NCBI GenBank assembly: GCA_964276515.1
Contig: OZ193910.1
Coordinates: forward strand, 1,736,001 to 1,800,000
Direction of reading: 5' to 3'
From: Gordius albopunctatus
Taxonomy: Eukaryota
Length of the DNA: 64,000 nucleotides
Shown here: in pieces, positions 12,956 to 26,152 of the stretch
Layout of the letters: the number at the start of each line of letters is the position of its first letter
Position numbering within the stretch: position 1 is the first letter of the stretch
Program-made: the position numbers and the translations under genes
The notes under the pieces: generated by a model
What the model saw: only the letters and a program-made list of their open reading frames with translations
What the model was told of the DNA's origin: nothing
Databases searched by the model: none

Positions 12956-14485
12956 CACTAGTCAACAAAAAAAATAACCGGGAAACGGGCAACATATTCC
13001 GATAGAGCTTTTTGTGGTGAACACAAATATGTTTTTCGTTTTTTCCCTATACGTCAAGTTTTTTAGACATTTCGATTCAAAGTTGCGAAAATGACCGTTT
13101 TTGACTCTTTTCGATGCTCAATAGAGCGATATTGAATGGCTAAAATTTTTTTAAACCTCTAAGTGGTAGAACCAACTTAGGGTAAAGCATTGAAAAAAGA
13201 TTTTTTTCCCTATTGTTTTTACTTTTTCCAAAATATCGAATTTCAATTAGTCCCTATGCGAAGGGGAATCCCTTGAGCCTCCCTCCCTCCCTCCCTCCCT
13301 CTCCATCTAATTGGGTTTATAACACTATACTCTCGGTGCATATGAGTGATTGATGGATGATGTGAGGGTGAGGGTGTGTAAGAGTAGTGGCGTAATACGA
13401 GCTATTTCTCTAGTAGAGAGGGAGGATGACAGGCGTAGTAGTAGGAATTAGAGACCTGCAACGGGCCTATTTTGCTTGGTCGGCCCGCCCGCTTCAAATG
13501 CCCGGGCCCGGCCCTAAACATTTTTTGCAAAACCCAGGCCCGGCCCGGGTCCGTAGAAATTTTTTTTTTGTAAATTTTTAAACGATTGTTATTTTTTTTA
13601 TTAAAAAGTTAATTCAATATTCAGTAATATATGTTACAAACATCAATAATAATCATGTAAAAACAATAAATCGTTAATTATTTCCGGTCTTAATCGGGTT
13701 CTTCTCTCTTCTAATAAGCGACCAGCCGTCAAGTCTTACTTATAAAGTATCAATTCAAATTTCGGAGTACTTTTTGTAAATGTATGAATGAAAAAGGAAA
13801 AGTGTGTTTGTGTTGCGTATTAGGACACAAAAAAATAAATTTAAATTAATAAAAAAACAATTTAAATATAAGACGTTTGTCTTTGTTTAAGTTCTAATTC
13901 TTTTAAAGTATTTATTACTACACAAATAAAAAATTAACTATTTTGCAACGAGCTTTTAACGGTCCTAGCTAAATCTAGGCTCGGCCCGTTTGATTTGTCG
14001 ACCCGTTGTTTTTTTTAAAGTCCAAAGCCCGCTCATACCCGGCCCGTGGGCAGGGCCGGGCCGTGCAGGTCTCTAGTAGGAATAGTTCGTATTAACCCAC
14101 TACTCTTGCACCCATATAGTGTTATATAAGCATATAAGCCAATTAGATAGAGAGGGAGGGAGGCTCAAAGGAAGCCGCGATTTCGCATAGGGACTAATTG
14201 CATTTTTGATATATATTAAAAAGTAAAAACAATAGGAAAAATTTTTCAATGTTTTAACCTAAGTTTAGAGGTTAAAAAAAATTTTTTAGCCATTCAATAT
14301 CGCTCTATTGAGCATCAAAAAGGGTCAAAAACGGTCATTTTTGCAACTTTGAATCGAAATATATAAAAGACTTGACGTATAAGGAAAAAACAAAAAACAT
14401 ATTTGTGTTCACCACAAAAAACTCTATCGGAATATGTTGACCGTTTTCCGGTTATTTACACAAGACCATTATTTGTTGACTAGTG
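12956..14485. mobile_element. Non-autonomous long-TIR element with CACTA termini (CMC superfamily: EnSpm/CACTA or Chapaev3-like)
   Basis: Ends CACTAGTCAACAAA/TTTGTTGACTAGTG; about 370-bp imperfect TIRs; 3-bp TSD TTA (12953-12955, 14486-14488). Confidence 0.85.
13449..14075. mobile_element. hAT MITE nested in the CACTA-ended element
   Basis: TIR TAGAGACCTGCA/TGCAGGTCTCTA; 8-bp TSD GTAGGAAT (13441-13448, 14076-14083). Confidence 0.92.
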
Positions 14486-15068
14486 TTATCAAGTTAAGAA
14501 GGTAAGAGAGCGTTAAATTCGTCCTTAAAGTATTAAACATGAAATATCATAACCAATGGTGTAGCTAGCCTTTTCTCTTGAGATAGACATTTGTCAAACT
14601 TAATAATCAACTATTCCTTTTAATTTCTCTTTCAAAATTCTCTTAAACTCGCACCTTTTCAGGCCATATTAATATTATGTCCTCAAATCTTATATCTTCC
14701 TTCATTCATTTACCTTCAACTTACACATGAGCAGGCGAAATTAGAGACCTGTAAGGGCCTCTTTAGGTCCATCAGCCGCCCCGTTACAAATATATAAACC
14801 CTTTACCGGGTCCGGGCCCATCAAAATAATAGATGTTAGATCAGGCCCGCTAAATTTTTAAAAAGCCCTGGCTCACGACCTTATACAAAAACTTTAATAT
14901 AGCACCTTTTAATGTTCGATCATATTTTATTTATTGAATCAACAATATACATTAGTTATAGATGTTAATAATAACACAGTTCGACAATAAAAATCAACTG
15001 GTACTATTTGCGGATTTTGGTAGAGTTTAAGCGGTGATCAAGAATATAAAGATCTATATCATTGTTTT

Positions 15069-15800
15069 CTAAAATGTGTCAAGAATCGGTAAAGAATTTA
15101 AAGTTGTATCGTACAACAAGAATTCGTATTTTTGCCTAAGTAAAAAAGAAGCGGAAATTTTAGATTTCGATGCGCGCTTTAAAAAAATTAATTGCCTGTT
15201 TACCGAAGGAACCAGGGCCTTAGGTAACAAAAGGGATAAAAAATTGGATGCCAAAAGGGCAGAGTACTTTGTAGTTTCACCTCCCTGTGCGGTGACGATG
15301 GTCTGCCAATTAAAATGGGAAGGAGAAAAAATAAGTCAATGCAAATAAAATCTTATTTGAGGGATATGCCATTTTGCCCGGGTACAAGAGAAGAGACGTC
15401 AGGGCGCATTCTACCTTCGATAGAGGGATCTGACGCCTCAAGGATTAAGGGGGCTTTAGCCTTTTTAAGGGAAGCTTAAATTAATAAATTAGCTTTATTG
15501 GGCCTAACATACTAAAATTTGTTTGCAAGGCAGTGTATAAGGTGCCTGGCATGTTGGTGTCTACTAAGGTAAGACAATTCCGACAAGAGAACTCTATGGC
15601 GTAACTAATTCCCAACCTTAAAGCTATGAAATATGAAAGCTCAAAGTCGTCAAGCAGCATTCCCAAAGGTTTGCTGGAATAGGCTTCGAGTCACTCGTGA
15701 CCGCAACTATAAAAAGCGAGGGACCTAAGGTTGTAATGCTGGCCATCATAGCTGCTCGATAAAAGGTAATCAAAGGAGCGCGATACTACTCCACAATTCC
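15069..15800 (-). mobile_element. CRE-clade retrotransposon 3' remnant (zinc knuckle and restriction-like endonuclease)
   Basis: Minus strand gives GMLLDDFELSYFIALRLG..CRNC..VD, then EGRMRPDVSSLVPGQNG..DFICID and TKYSALL. This is a degenerate RPD..D(x)..KY REL motif with frameshifts. Confidence 0.7.
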
Positions 15801-16309
15801 AATCCTTCTGTCTCGTACTTTTAGATTGAATGGTGTGGGGTGTGTGTGTGTGACATTAAAATTCCAAAGCTCCAAGATAACAAGCGAGGCAAAATATGAA
15901 AGAATTCTATTTCAAAAGTTTGATTTAGTAAATATCCTTAATACATTATAATAATGTTAGATCACAAAATATGATTTAACAAATATTTGCTAATATTTAT
16001 CTACAAGGTTGTGGCTTTTGGACCTAACGTATGACGAGCAAGTATTATGAATTAAGTTGATTTTACAAACTCTTTTTTCTAGTTTGAATGATGCAATGAA
16101 AATTATTTAAAGCATTTAAAATTCATATTTGACAAATTATAGGCCAAAATTTAACCTACCTTGTTTGTCAATGTTAATAAATTTTATTAGAATCATTTAA
16201 ATAATCTATGATCACTCTTGAAATTTTGTTTAGACAATTAAAATATCGATGGTTAATGTATTAAACATGAGACAATCTGAAAATATATAAAAGATCCACT
16301 ATGAGTAAT

Positions 16310-17248
16310 TTAATTGATTGGAAATGAGATTTGTCTCAGGAATCTTAAGTATCGGCCAACATCCCTTCCGATATTAGCCTGGGTCGGTCTGTTATTAGGT
16401 CCAATAAATTTATCAGCTAAACAAATATTTTGTCTTGAATCGCATTGTCTCAATTGGTAAAAAACGTTCATCTGAGCCCGGGAAATAAAAGATCGCTTTT
16501 CTATAACGTTGAAAACGACATTTTCTGTACAAGGAGGAGTGGTTAATGATCCTTTATAGTTGTAATATGAATTCCAAATATTTGCAGCCGGCATCAGGTC
16601 GTGTAAACTGAAAGGCGACGCTAAGCTTAGCACTGCCTCACCACCCGTAGAGTTATAGTCCGGCTTACTAACCTCACCCAATAGCTCATCTATAAGGGGT
16701 GATAAATTAGTATTGTCTAAGTCTTGATTCAATTGGTATAGCAGCGATATGACTTGAAAAGTGTCTCTACTTTGGCTGTAATACACTAAGTGCGACTCCA
16801 AGGGAAAGAATTGTCCATTTAATGAATGCTCCGATCCAACTTTCGAGCCAGTACCTCCAGGTCCCCAATGGAAATGCGCGTTAACAAAGGCATAAGCGTT
16901 ACCTTCGATTACGATCCTAGCTTCTAAGCTCGGTGCCATGGGATGATGTTTTAAGAATAAACCTGTACGAGTCCTTTCTAAAGTCCATCGGTTAGCACCC
17001 ACGTGCGTCTGATGATTTTTAAAATGTATAGGGCGAATTCCATGGATTTGTGAACTCGTTTCTATATCTATGGGCGATTGCTTAGCCAAACCGCAATCGG
17101 GAAATGTTTTATACCATAGGGCAGGACATCCGTCCCCGTGGTAGGAAAATAATGGGACACCTTTTAGCGGTACTTTTAATTGTTTTGTATTCACTAATAA
17201 CAAAATAGCGATTGGCCAAAGCCTTTTAAGATCAAAACTAACAACCAT
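16310..17248 (-). CDS. Alpha-class carbonic anhydrase, probably secreted, single exon, 312 aa
   Basis: Motifs QSPIDI, Zn ligands in AHFHWG and ESHLV, GSEH, YKGSLTTPPCTE and NNRPTQ. It has a hydrophobic N-terminus and the Cys pair typical of extracellular CAs. Confidence 0.95.
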   Translation of the reverse strand: MVVSFDLKRLWPIAILLLVNTKQLKVPLKGVPLFSYHGDGCPALWYKTFPDCGLAKQSPIDIETSSQIHGIRPIHFKNHQTHVGANRWTLERTRTGLFLKHHPMAPSLEARIVIEGNAYAFVNAHFHWGPGGTGSKVGSEHSLNGQFFPLESHLVYYSQSRDTFQVISLLYQLNQDLDNTNLSPLIDELLGEVSKPDYNSTGGEAVLSLASPFSLHDLMPAANIWNSYYNYKGSLTTPPCTENVVFNVIEKRSFISRAQMNVFYQLRQCDSRQNICLADKFIGPNNRPTQANIGRDVGRYLRFLRQISFPIN

Positions 17249-18813
17249 ATTCCTGCTATTTATCTATATTATCAAATAAGAATCTTATTTTAAACCTTCA
17301 TGCTAATCTTGTTTTCGTTTTATTCTGAATTGAAAGCCTTAGGCTCAATGCTGCCTCGTTTTCTAAATTGCGCTTATTTGCTAATTGTTTACTAAATAAT
17401 TGTTTTAACCAAGTTTCGTAAGTCAGAGATGTTCTCGAATATTCCTTAGAATCTTTTTCATGCACGTCCCATATCTTTTATAACCCGAAAATATTGTTAC
17501 GAAAGTTAGGTTTTTATATCAGAACCGTTTTATCTCCATGTTTTTGGAGTTTCAATGACTTTAATTTGCATTTATAACAACAAAAATTTATTTTAAAATA
17601 GTTACTTTTATTCTTTGCTCAAAATTTTCAATTTAAACCTTTGATAACTGGCAGCTTTAAAAATGAAAGTTGAAAACTTTTTAGTGAGTTTACCGCATTA
17701 ATTTTTAGAAAATAAGAAATATATATAAGTTCTCTATCTTGAATATATTTGATCAAGTCTTCAAGATATTGACTTTAGCTACAATATAAACTTTAATTAA
17801 TTTTAAGGCTGAACAAGCTTTACATATAATAAGCTATATATTATTTAAAAGTATAAGCGCTTAATTAAAATAATACTTAGCATTAAATCTACAAATACTG
17901 AACGGTATGATAATAGAACTGAGCACTCTTTATTTAAAATACTCTAAGGTCACACTGAAGTCCACAATTGCTATGAGAACTGGAGTTATGGATGCATACA
18001 AATAAATGCAGATTACCGAAATACTAATATTAATATATTTGTAATTATTTTTAGAAAGTTTACCTAAATACGTAATAATTTTATATTAATTAAAAGTTTT
18101 TTCTATTAATTTTTGTAATACTTAAAAGTTTCTATTAACTTCTTTCTGTTTTAATTTCGATTGGTTTCTCCAAATTGATAATTTTAACTAAAACTAATTA
18201 CACAGTTGCAAATTAAGGTTAAATATAAACTTTTAAACTCCTGACCTGATAGTTTAAAAGTTAGAAGGATAGGTTAAATTAACCTTTGATATATATTAAA
18301 TTTCTGATCCATCAATTAATACCACATGTTTGATTTAAATCTTCAGAAACTTTATTTCAAAAAATTTATTAGAAAATGATGTTAACAAAGTAATAATAAT
18401 TAGAATTAAAAGAAGGTATTACAATTTATTGGTTTTTAAGTAAAAAATCATTATTTTATAAAGGATAATATTCTGCAAATTTTTCATAAATTGCAGAAAT
18501 CTCTCCGCGTATGTGTTGATTTTTAAAATATTTGACCTGCTCCTTAACTTTTCCAAATTTCTTCCCGTCCATCGAATTAAGTAATGGTGTATCTTTGCAC
18601 ATCTAAATTATTATATTATTATTAAAAAATAGTTTTCTTGTAAAAATCAAATTTTGGCATTTAGTTTCATACATTTTATAAATACATTCTTAGATAGATA
18701 GTAAAAATAATTTAAATTTTAAATAAATTCTCAATTAAGAATTAGGATGAGAGCATAGAATTTTAACATAATATATCTTTCAAATAAAATTTAAAGATAC
18801 TTAGGATTTTCCC

Positions 18814-19222
18814 CCAGAAGTCAGATTTGTTAAATTCATATATCCGAGCCCGACTAGGTTCAATTTTAGAACTGCCCTCCCAACATTAAAGCTGCCCCAA
18901 CTGCCCGGCCCTAAATGATGTTTTTAAAATTATTACTACACGTAATATCGTTACATTTTTCAAAATTTTCATATTGATTTTCGATTTTTTTGAATTAAAA
19001 TTAGGATTAACAAATATTAAATAAACAAATTTTAAAGCTTAAAAGTAATATACGAAAATAAAAGAATACATTATTAAAAATATATCATTGAGCTTTAATT
19101 GCCCGAATCTTGTTCGCCTTTTCGGCCTGCCCAAAAAATCTAAATTTACGACAATTGCCCGGCCCGGTCTCTTGGGGGCGGACCGGCATATTCGGACAGC
19201 GGGCCGATTTTCCAGGTCTCTG
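18814..19222. mobile_element. Degenerate hAT-type MITE
   Basis: CAGAAGTCAG..CAGGTCTCTG ends and GCCCG subterminal motifs like those at 6083. No TSD resolved. Confidence 0.5.
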
Positions 19223-20898
19223 TTAGTCGCTTTAAATACTTTTGGAGCGATCTAATTTACGATTCAGTCGTTTTGGGTGACTTTTTTGGGCCACCTTTGG
19301 CGTTTAGCTTTGGGAAACACGCAAAGGGTTTGGATGGGTAATATTATTGAGAATCCAACTCCCTTTTTGTTAGAAAACATTATGAAAGGAAAGAAAACTA
19401 TGTACGTTTTATTCAAATTAATTAATAAAAGTATTACATGGGTATAATACATTAGGGAAAAAAATACTACAAAAGAAAACGCGTTAAAAACTAATTGGAT
19501 GCCATTTTTCCGTGGATGGAAATGGTGTTGGATTTGACAAATTATATAGTGATCTTTTGCCTGATGTAGAAGGATTCCTTAGGTTCGAAAGAAGAATTCG
19601 TCAGCGCTTTCCCGATTTGTTTGAGGAAAGCGAGAGCCTCTGAACCTAGGTTGCCAATAGTAGTAGCCACCACGGGGAATGTAATGAAATAGATTGTTTT
19701 GAATTTTTAGATGCCATTTGTAGTTATATAAAATTGTAAATGAAAAAGCTCAATTAAGACTGCATTTGTATGTTTGTAGATAATGAAAAATTTAATATCT
19801 ACAATTAAAACTATATTTAAACATTAATGTTTATTAATTGCAGCCTTCTCAAAAAATTTGAGATAGATACTATCTTGAATATATTAATTTAGCATATAGG
19901 TAAAATATAATCCTTATAAAAATGGTTTATTGTATAAATTTTGAGAAATTAAATATGGTTTATACATAAGTTAATTTTAAGGTTGCACCTAAATCTAGCT
20001 CTTGAATTAATGGATTGAAAGTACATAATATTATTGGGCATATGATAAACTTAAAACATATGCAAATTTGAAAATCATAGCAATAGTTTTCACTTGTGTG
20101 CAAAATGTAATATGTGCAAAATGTAATATAGGCAAGGGTTAGGGTTAGATTTAGTGATTTATTTGATAATATGTATTTATTTATAAAATAGTATTATACA
20201 TTTTGATATTTAACTTATTTTGTTTTAATTAACAATTATAGTATCCTTTTATTATCTAGTTTTTTACGTACATCATATTACATGCGTATGAATATGCGTG
20301 AAAACCGGTCTCAATTTCTAAAATGCGATTATTACATTTTGCACCAGATTCAATATCTTCATCGTAGTTTCGGGATTTAGCCTATATCCCTTATAATCTA
20401 TGTGTTCAAATTAAAGTGTACTTAATTAATTTGATTTCACAATATAATAAAATTATTATTAATTTTTATTCGTTATTTATTCATAGATCTTGTGATTATT
20501 TAATAGATTGATTTCGAGAATTTGAATTTTTTAAGGGGATGATGGTAAAAAATTAACAAAAATATGTAATTTTAGTTAAATAAAATAAATCATGCGTAGA
20601 GTTTCAATTATCATAAATGCTTTTATTTTATGCAGCTTAATGTGCTACTAGTAAAAATTTAACGGCGCATAGCTTGTCGGAAGAAACAAATGCCTTAAGA
20701 CTGATTATTTCAACATAATTAATATTGAGCATTTTTAACATATAAATATTTTTTTAGTATTAGAAATGTGTTAAAAGCCGCAGAATATATGTTTTTGGGA
20801 AAAAGGTGTAGGCTGAGATTGTGCTTTGCAAAAAATTGGGGGGCGCTCGGGCCCTATAATTTCATTTTAACGGTCCTGGACCGGGACAATATTTGGTA

Positions 20899-23800
20899 TA
20901 GTGTTTCGATCTCGTCCCGTCTCGGTCTCGAAAACAAAATCTCGTCTCTTCTCGGGAGCGATTATGAAAATCTCGTCTCGGTCTAGAAAATCCGCGTCTC
21001 GTCTCGACTTTTTAAAAAAAATATATACGGCATAAAAATTTCTCTGGTTTTACTAAAAATATTAAATAAGTGTTAAAAATTTTTTATATTTTTTGAAAAA
21101 CTTTAATAATCAAACTTTTTAAAGATTTAGCGGGACACGACAACTCATTGACAATATGAAGATATGTATTAATTCATAAAGATAACATTTTCTATGGAAA
21201 GTGCATACTTAAAAACTATAAATAAATTTGAAGTAAAAAAAAAATTTTATTTTGTAGCGAATTATAACATTTGTATCAAATTCACTGTGTTTGTCAACTA
21301 TAAATAGATTTAGAAAATTATAAGTGACTTTTAATGATAATATTATTATATACATAATGGATAACTAGTTGCACATATTAAAACGCTGTAAAAACAACAA
21401 TAAAAACAGCATTATTATTGGATTTGGATTAAGGAAATAAGGTTTTATACATTAAGGTGCACCTATTTAAATTTATGACAAAAATCAATATAAACTAATT
21501 TTTATTCCTAATTACCTTCCAATTCTAAATAACTTTGCCTTAAGTAGTTATTTATCGAATACAGTATAGGTTCGGGTATTTATTATATATTGCAAAATCA
21601 TAGTTATTATAGTAAATTTGAATGCACCTGCCAACCCAGCTATAAAGTGAAAAGTAATTCATATGACAAAACTAGGGTTCAAAGATTTGGGAGATATACT
21701 ATTAGTTGAAGCATAAAAACTTCTAAAAAACTCATTATTTACCATTTAGTCCATTACGGTGTCATTAAATACTCTATTTTACTTTTGAAATCGTTAGGTG
21801 GGTGCTCAAAACAAACCACCTTAGCTTCTTCTTCTTTATAAGTTATTTGGTCCCACATTGGTGGGGTTTGTTTTGATGAGTCTCTTCCATCTTGACCAGG
21901 TTAGTGCCATGTCTTGACGAATCTCTTTAGTTTCCATAACTTTATCGACTTGCCTTTTCCACGTGACACGGGGTTGTCCTCTTCCTCTCTTCCCCGGTAT
22001 TATCATGTCTAGCACTTTTCGATTTACGTCATCCGGGTCCCTCCTTAGTATATGCCCATACCACCTTAGCCGATTTTCGTTAATCATGTCCGCCATAGGT
22101 TGAATACCCATTTTTGTCATGAGAAAGTCATTCGTCATATGGTCGAGCTTAGTATACCCCAAGCTCCACCCTATCATTCTCATCTCCGTGGTTTGTAATA
22201 GCTTTCCTTCCGTGGTGTTTAATGCCCATGTTTCACTTCCATAGAGTAACACCGGTCTTACGATGGATTTGTAAGCTTTGCTCTTCAACCATATTGGCAT
22301 TTTCTTGTCGCACATTACACCGGATATACTTCGCCATTTAAGCCATCCTTTTTGAATCCGGGCATTGATTTCAGTTGCGCAACCTCCCTCTTGATGTACC
22401 ATAGAGCCGAGGTAATTAAACCTGTCTACTTTTGGGTACTTTAGGTGGTCATCCAGCGATGGGGTGCTTGTACCGTTCATTTCCATGTATACCGTTTTTC
22501 GATCGTTGACTTTTAAACCATATCCAGCTAAGCGCTTTGACCACTTTTCTGCTTCTTCGAATACCTTCTCCCTTGTTTCCTCGCATAGTACTATATCATC
22601 GGCATATAGCATACACCATGGCGATGGCTTTTAAAAGTCCCTCGTAACCGTATCTATAATTATATTAAATAAAAAGGGACTTAAAGCAGAGCCTTGATGT
22701 AATCCAATATTAACCCGAAAAGGTTTAGAGTCCCCAACTGTCGTCCTAACGCAAGAGTTTGAGGCTTCATAGATATTTTTCATAAGCCGTATATATGCGT
22801 CAGGGATATTTAGTTTCCTCAGGCAACACCATATTAAATCGCGGGGGACCGTGTCATAAGCTTTCTCCAAGTCGATAAAAACCATATGTAGGTCTTTCCT
22901 CTTTTCACCATACTTATCCATCATTTGTCTTAGGGCGAAGATTGGGTCGATTGTGGATTTGCCGGCCACGAATCCGAATTGATTAGCCGATATTTCCACC
23001 TCGTTTTTCAGCCTTGTTACTAAGATCCTTTCCAAAAGCTTCAAGGAGTGGCAAGTTAGCTTGATACCTCTGTAATTGCCGCAGTCCTGAGGGTCTCCTT
23101 TTCCTTTGAATAAGGGTATAATCGTGCTTGCTCTCCATTGATTAGGGATTCGCTCTTCTACCAATATCTTGTTAAGGAGGTTCGTCATTGTGGTGACTCC
23201 TTCTTCACGACATCCGAGCAATGCTTCCATAGGTATTCCATCTGGGCCATTTGCTTTTCCTTTTTGCATCTTGTTCATTTGTGTCCTAACTTCATCCTTC
23301 TGAAAGAGTTCGACCATACTTATATTTGGCTCAATTTCGGGAAGGGAATCCTTGTCATTTGCAATATTCATAAGTTTCTTAAAATATCCTTTCCACCTTT
23401 CCATCACTTCCTTCGGCTTGAATAAGGTTTGACCCTTCTCGCTTTTGACTATTTTAAGAACTCCGACATCTCGACTTTTCTTCTCCCTTATCTTGGCCAA
23501 TTTGTACATAAGCCTATCGCCCCCTTTATGATCCAGTTTGTTTGCCATCTCGGTGTACGCGGCATTGTTCGCTTTTGCAACGGCCTTTTTTGCGGCCCTC
23601 TTTGCGTCCCTGTACTCTTGATAATCCTCCGACTTTTTTGATCTATGCCACCGTCTATATAGATTTTTCTTTATTTCGATGAAATCTTTAACCGATTGAT
23701 CCCACCACCATAGTTCCCTATTCATAGCTTTGCCTCCTTTGGTCTGTCCTAGAACACGAATCGCTGTTTCCTTAATGTCCTTAGATAGCGTTTCCCAATC

Positions 23801-25435
23801 TTCGTGTACGTCCCTTTGCAACTTCCTTGCACCCAAGAGTGAGGAGGCTTTTTGATGGTATTCTTCGTTCGTCGACGTATTCTTTAGCCTTTCGTATCGA
23901 ATTCGAGGTTCATATACCTTTCTTCTTTCGGGAAATACTCTTCTGTCAAGATCCATAACAAGGGGACGATGTTGCCTGGCGATTTCTTCTCCCGGTATTA
24001 CTTTGCAATCTTTGATACTCCATAAGTCCTTTTGCCGTATAAGCAAATAGTCGATTTTACTAAAATGCTTCCCACTTCTATAGGTCACAATATGATCTTC
24101 GCGCTTTTGAAAATAGGTGTTAACGATCGCCATGTCATATGCTTGGGATACTTGGAGAAGTTTTTTCCCTTCTTTGTTCTTCAGACCATGTTCATAGCCT
24201 CCATGATTGCGTTCATACCCGAGGCGATCTTTCCCTACGTGAGCGTTGAAATCGGTCCCAATAATTAGCCTTTCTTCCTGTCGGATTCCTTGTATTTCCT
24301 TTTCCAATGATTCGAAGAATATGTCTTTCTCTGATTCCGAACACCCAATTTGGGGAGCATACGCGCACATAACGGTTAAGAGGCCCCCTTGATCCGCAAT
24401 CTTCACCCACATTAGCCTGTCGGAACAACGTTTGACTTCCACCACCTTGTCCATGAACGATTCGCTTAGAACGATACCGACCCTGTTTCTACGATTTGGT
24501 GACCCACTGTAGAAAAGCTTGTATCCTTCTCCTAATTCCCGAGCTTTCGTTCCGTTCCACCTCGTCTCTTGTAGGCAGGCGATGTTTACCTTTCTTCTTT
24601 TTAACATCTGTGCGACCTCGATGCTCTTCCCCGTCAACGTTCCCACATTCCAGCACGTAATTCGCATTCTTTCCACAACTAGTTTCCTTAACCGCCTTCG
24701 TTGTGAGTTGGTCAGTAACCCTAGTGTATTTTTCACATTGCACGGGCGGGGTATGCAGTGCGCGTCGTTTGTGGAGGACGCCCTAGCCTTTTCTTGTAAA
24801 ATCTCGTTTGAAACTATCATAAATTTTGGAGTTGATTTATATAGCCGGTTTCCGACCTGACGCCAACCCTCCGCTTTTTGCACACGGACTTGGGACCGTT
24901 TAGCTTAACTTGTTTAAATATCCATATTGATTGACCACCAATTAATAATTACCGCATCATGGAGGATGAGTAACTGCAAAATTCAAATATGCTTTAGTAA
25001 TATTTACTATTCCATCAGAACTCATTTTAAGCCTAAAATGTTTTAATATTTAATAATGATATAGATACAATTATGTGATAAATATATTATAAAATTTATT
25101 CACATATCCTAAGGATCCACTATACTTAGGTAAATGATTGTCAAAATTTAAAATTTTTTGTAAAAATATATAAAATTTACTACACTTAGGAATTTTTTTT
25201 ATATCAAATTCCATACCTATTAATTTACATTTAAACCTTAAATGTGAATCATGCAAATTAAAATACACAATAATTTACTAAAATCTAAAGATCAATAAAA
25301 AGTCGAGATCTCACCAAAAAAATCTCGTATCGTCTCGTCTCGACATCAAAATTCTCGTCTCGATCTCGATTCCATTTTTCAATTTCTCGTAGACGAGACG
25401 AGACCGAGATTTTTCTCGGTTTTGCCGCATCACTA
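20899..25435. mobile_element. Non-autonomous hAT element (TAGTG..CACTA ends, TCTCG repeats) carrying an RTE insertion
   Basis: Ends TAGTGTTTCG/CGCATCACTA; 8-bp TSD ATTTGGTA (20891-20898, 25436-25443). Same family as 42811-43338; fragments at about 12160-12265 and 60960-61050. Confidence 0.88.
21828..24899 (-). mobile_element. RTE-clade LINE, near intact (APE endonuclease + RT), one in-frame stop
   Basis: ORFs 22631-24883 and 21836-22612 are in the same frame, separated by one TAA. Motifs include CWNVGTL, CLQETRW, IDYLL, NYRGIKL, FIDLEKAYD, GLHQGSALSP and LYADD. (GAA)n 3' tail; TSD about TTAGCTT (21821-21827, 24900-24906). Confidence 0.95.
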
Positions 25436-26152
25436 ATTTGGTACTGATGAGCAAATCAAGCCTGAAAGGCCCTGGCATGTTCTTAGCTCAAATAGTGACC
25501 TTAATTAGCATAAACATAAAATAATTGGAAAGAACTATTTGAAATTTGTGTCCTTGAAGATATTATTAATGCATTTTTTAACAAAAGTATATATTAAATT
25601 TATAAAATTTTGATTAATTTTTATTTAATCAAAATATTTCAAACCAATTTTACCCCCCCCCCCCCCCTTATTAATTAGATATTTCATAGTATTAATTATA
25701 AATTTTTATTGTAACCCATTAGGCAACCAGCCTACGCCTCAAATATGAATAAAGTTATGTAAGGAGGGCTATATGATTTTTATAAATTTTTACATTCTCC
25801 TGCCCTCTCCCTTGTTGGCTATGGTGATAAACGAGGGGCTTTACAAATTTTATGTTTAAATTGACCGAACGAGCCATATGACAACTAAAAAATCATTATA
25901 GTTTTCTCATTTAATAATAAAAATTCTTAGATGCTTAAATATTCTTATTAGTTGCAACACATATATTCTGATATTTATATATTGTGAAAACTAAATAAAA
26001 GATAGTTTTTAGCCTAGTAATGTTTATAAATGACATTTTAAAATCATTCAAATTTATTTGATGAATATCTTCTTTCTAGGCCGAGTTTAACTTTGTGATT
26101 TGGCACATTCCCCGAACCACAAAAACAATTTTATGCTTTCTCATATTCATTG

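Noticed and set aside
22631..22633. Genome-wide TAA-to-Gln genetic code change
   Set aside because: The host genes here (reticulon, carbonic anhydrase, both GPCRs) end in TAA and have long ORFs free of internal TAA.
23138..24860. Plus-strand and alternate-frame ORFs over the RTE (likewise 38652-39897)
   Set aside because: Shadow ORFs of the LINE coding sequence.
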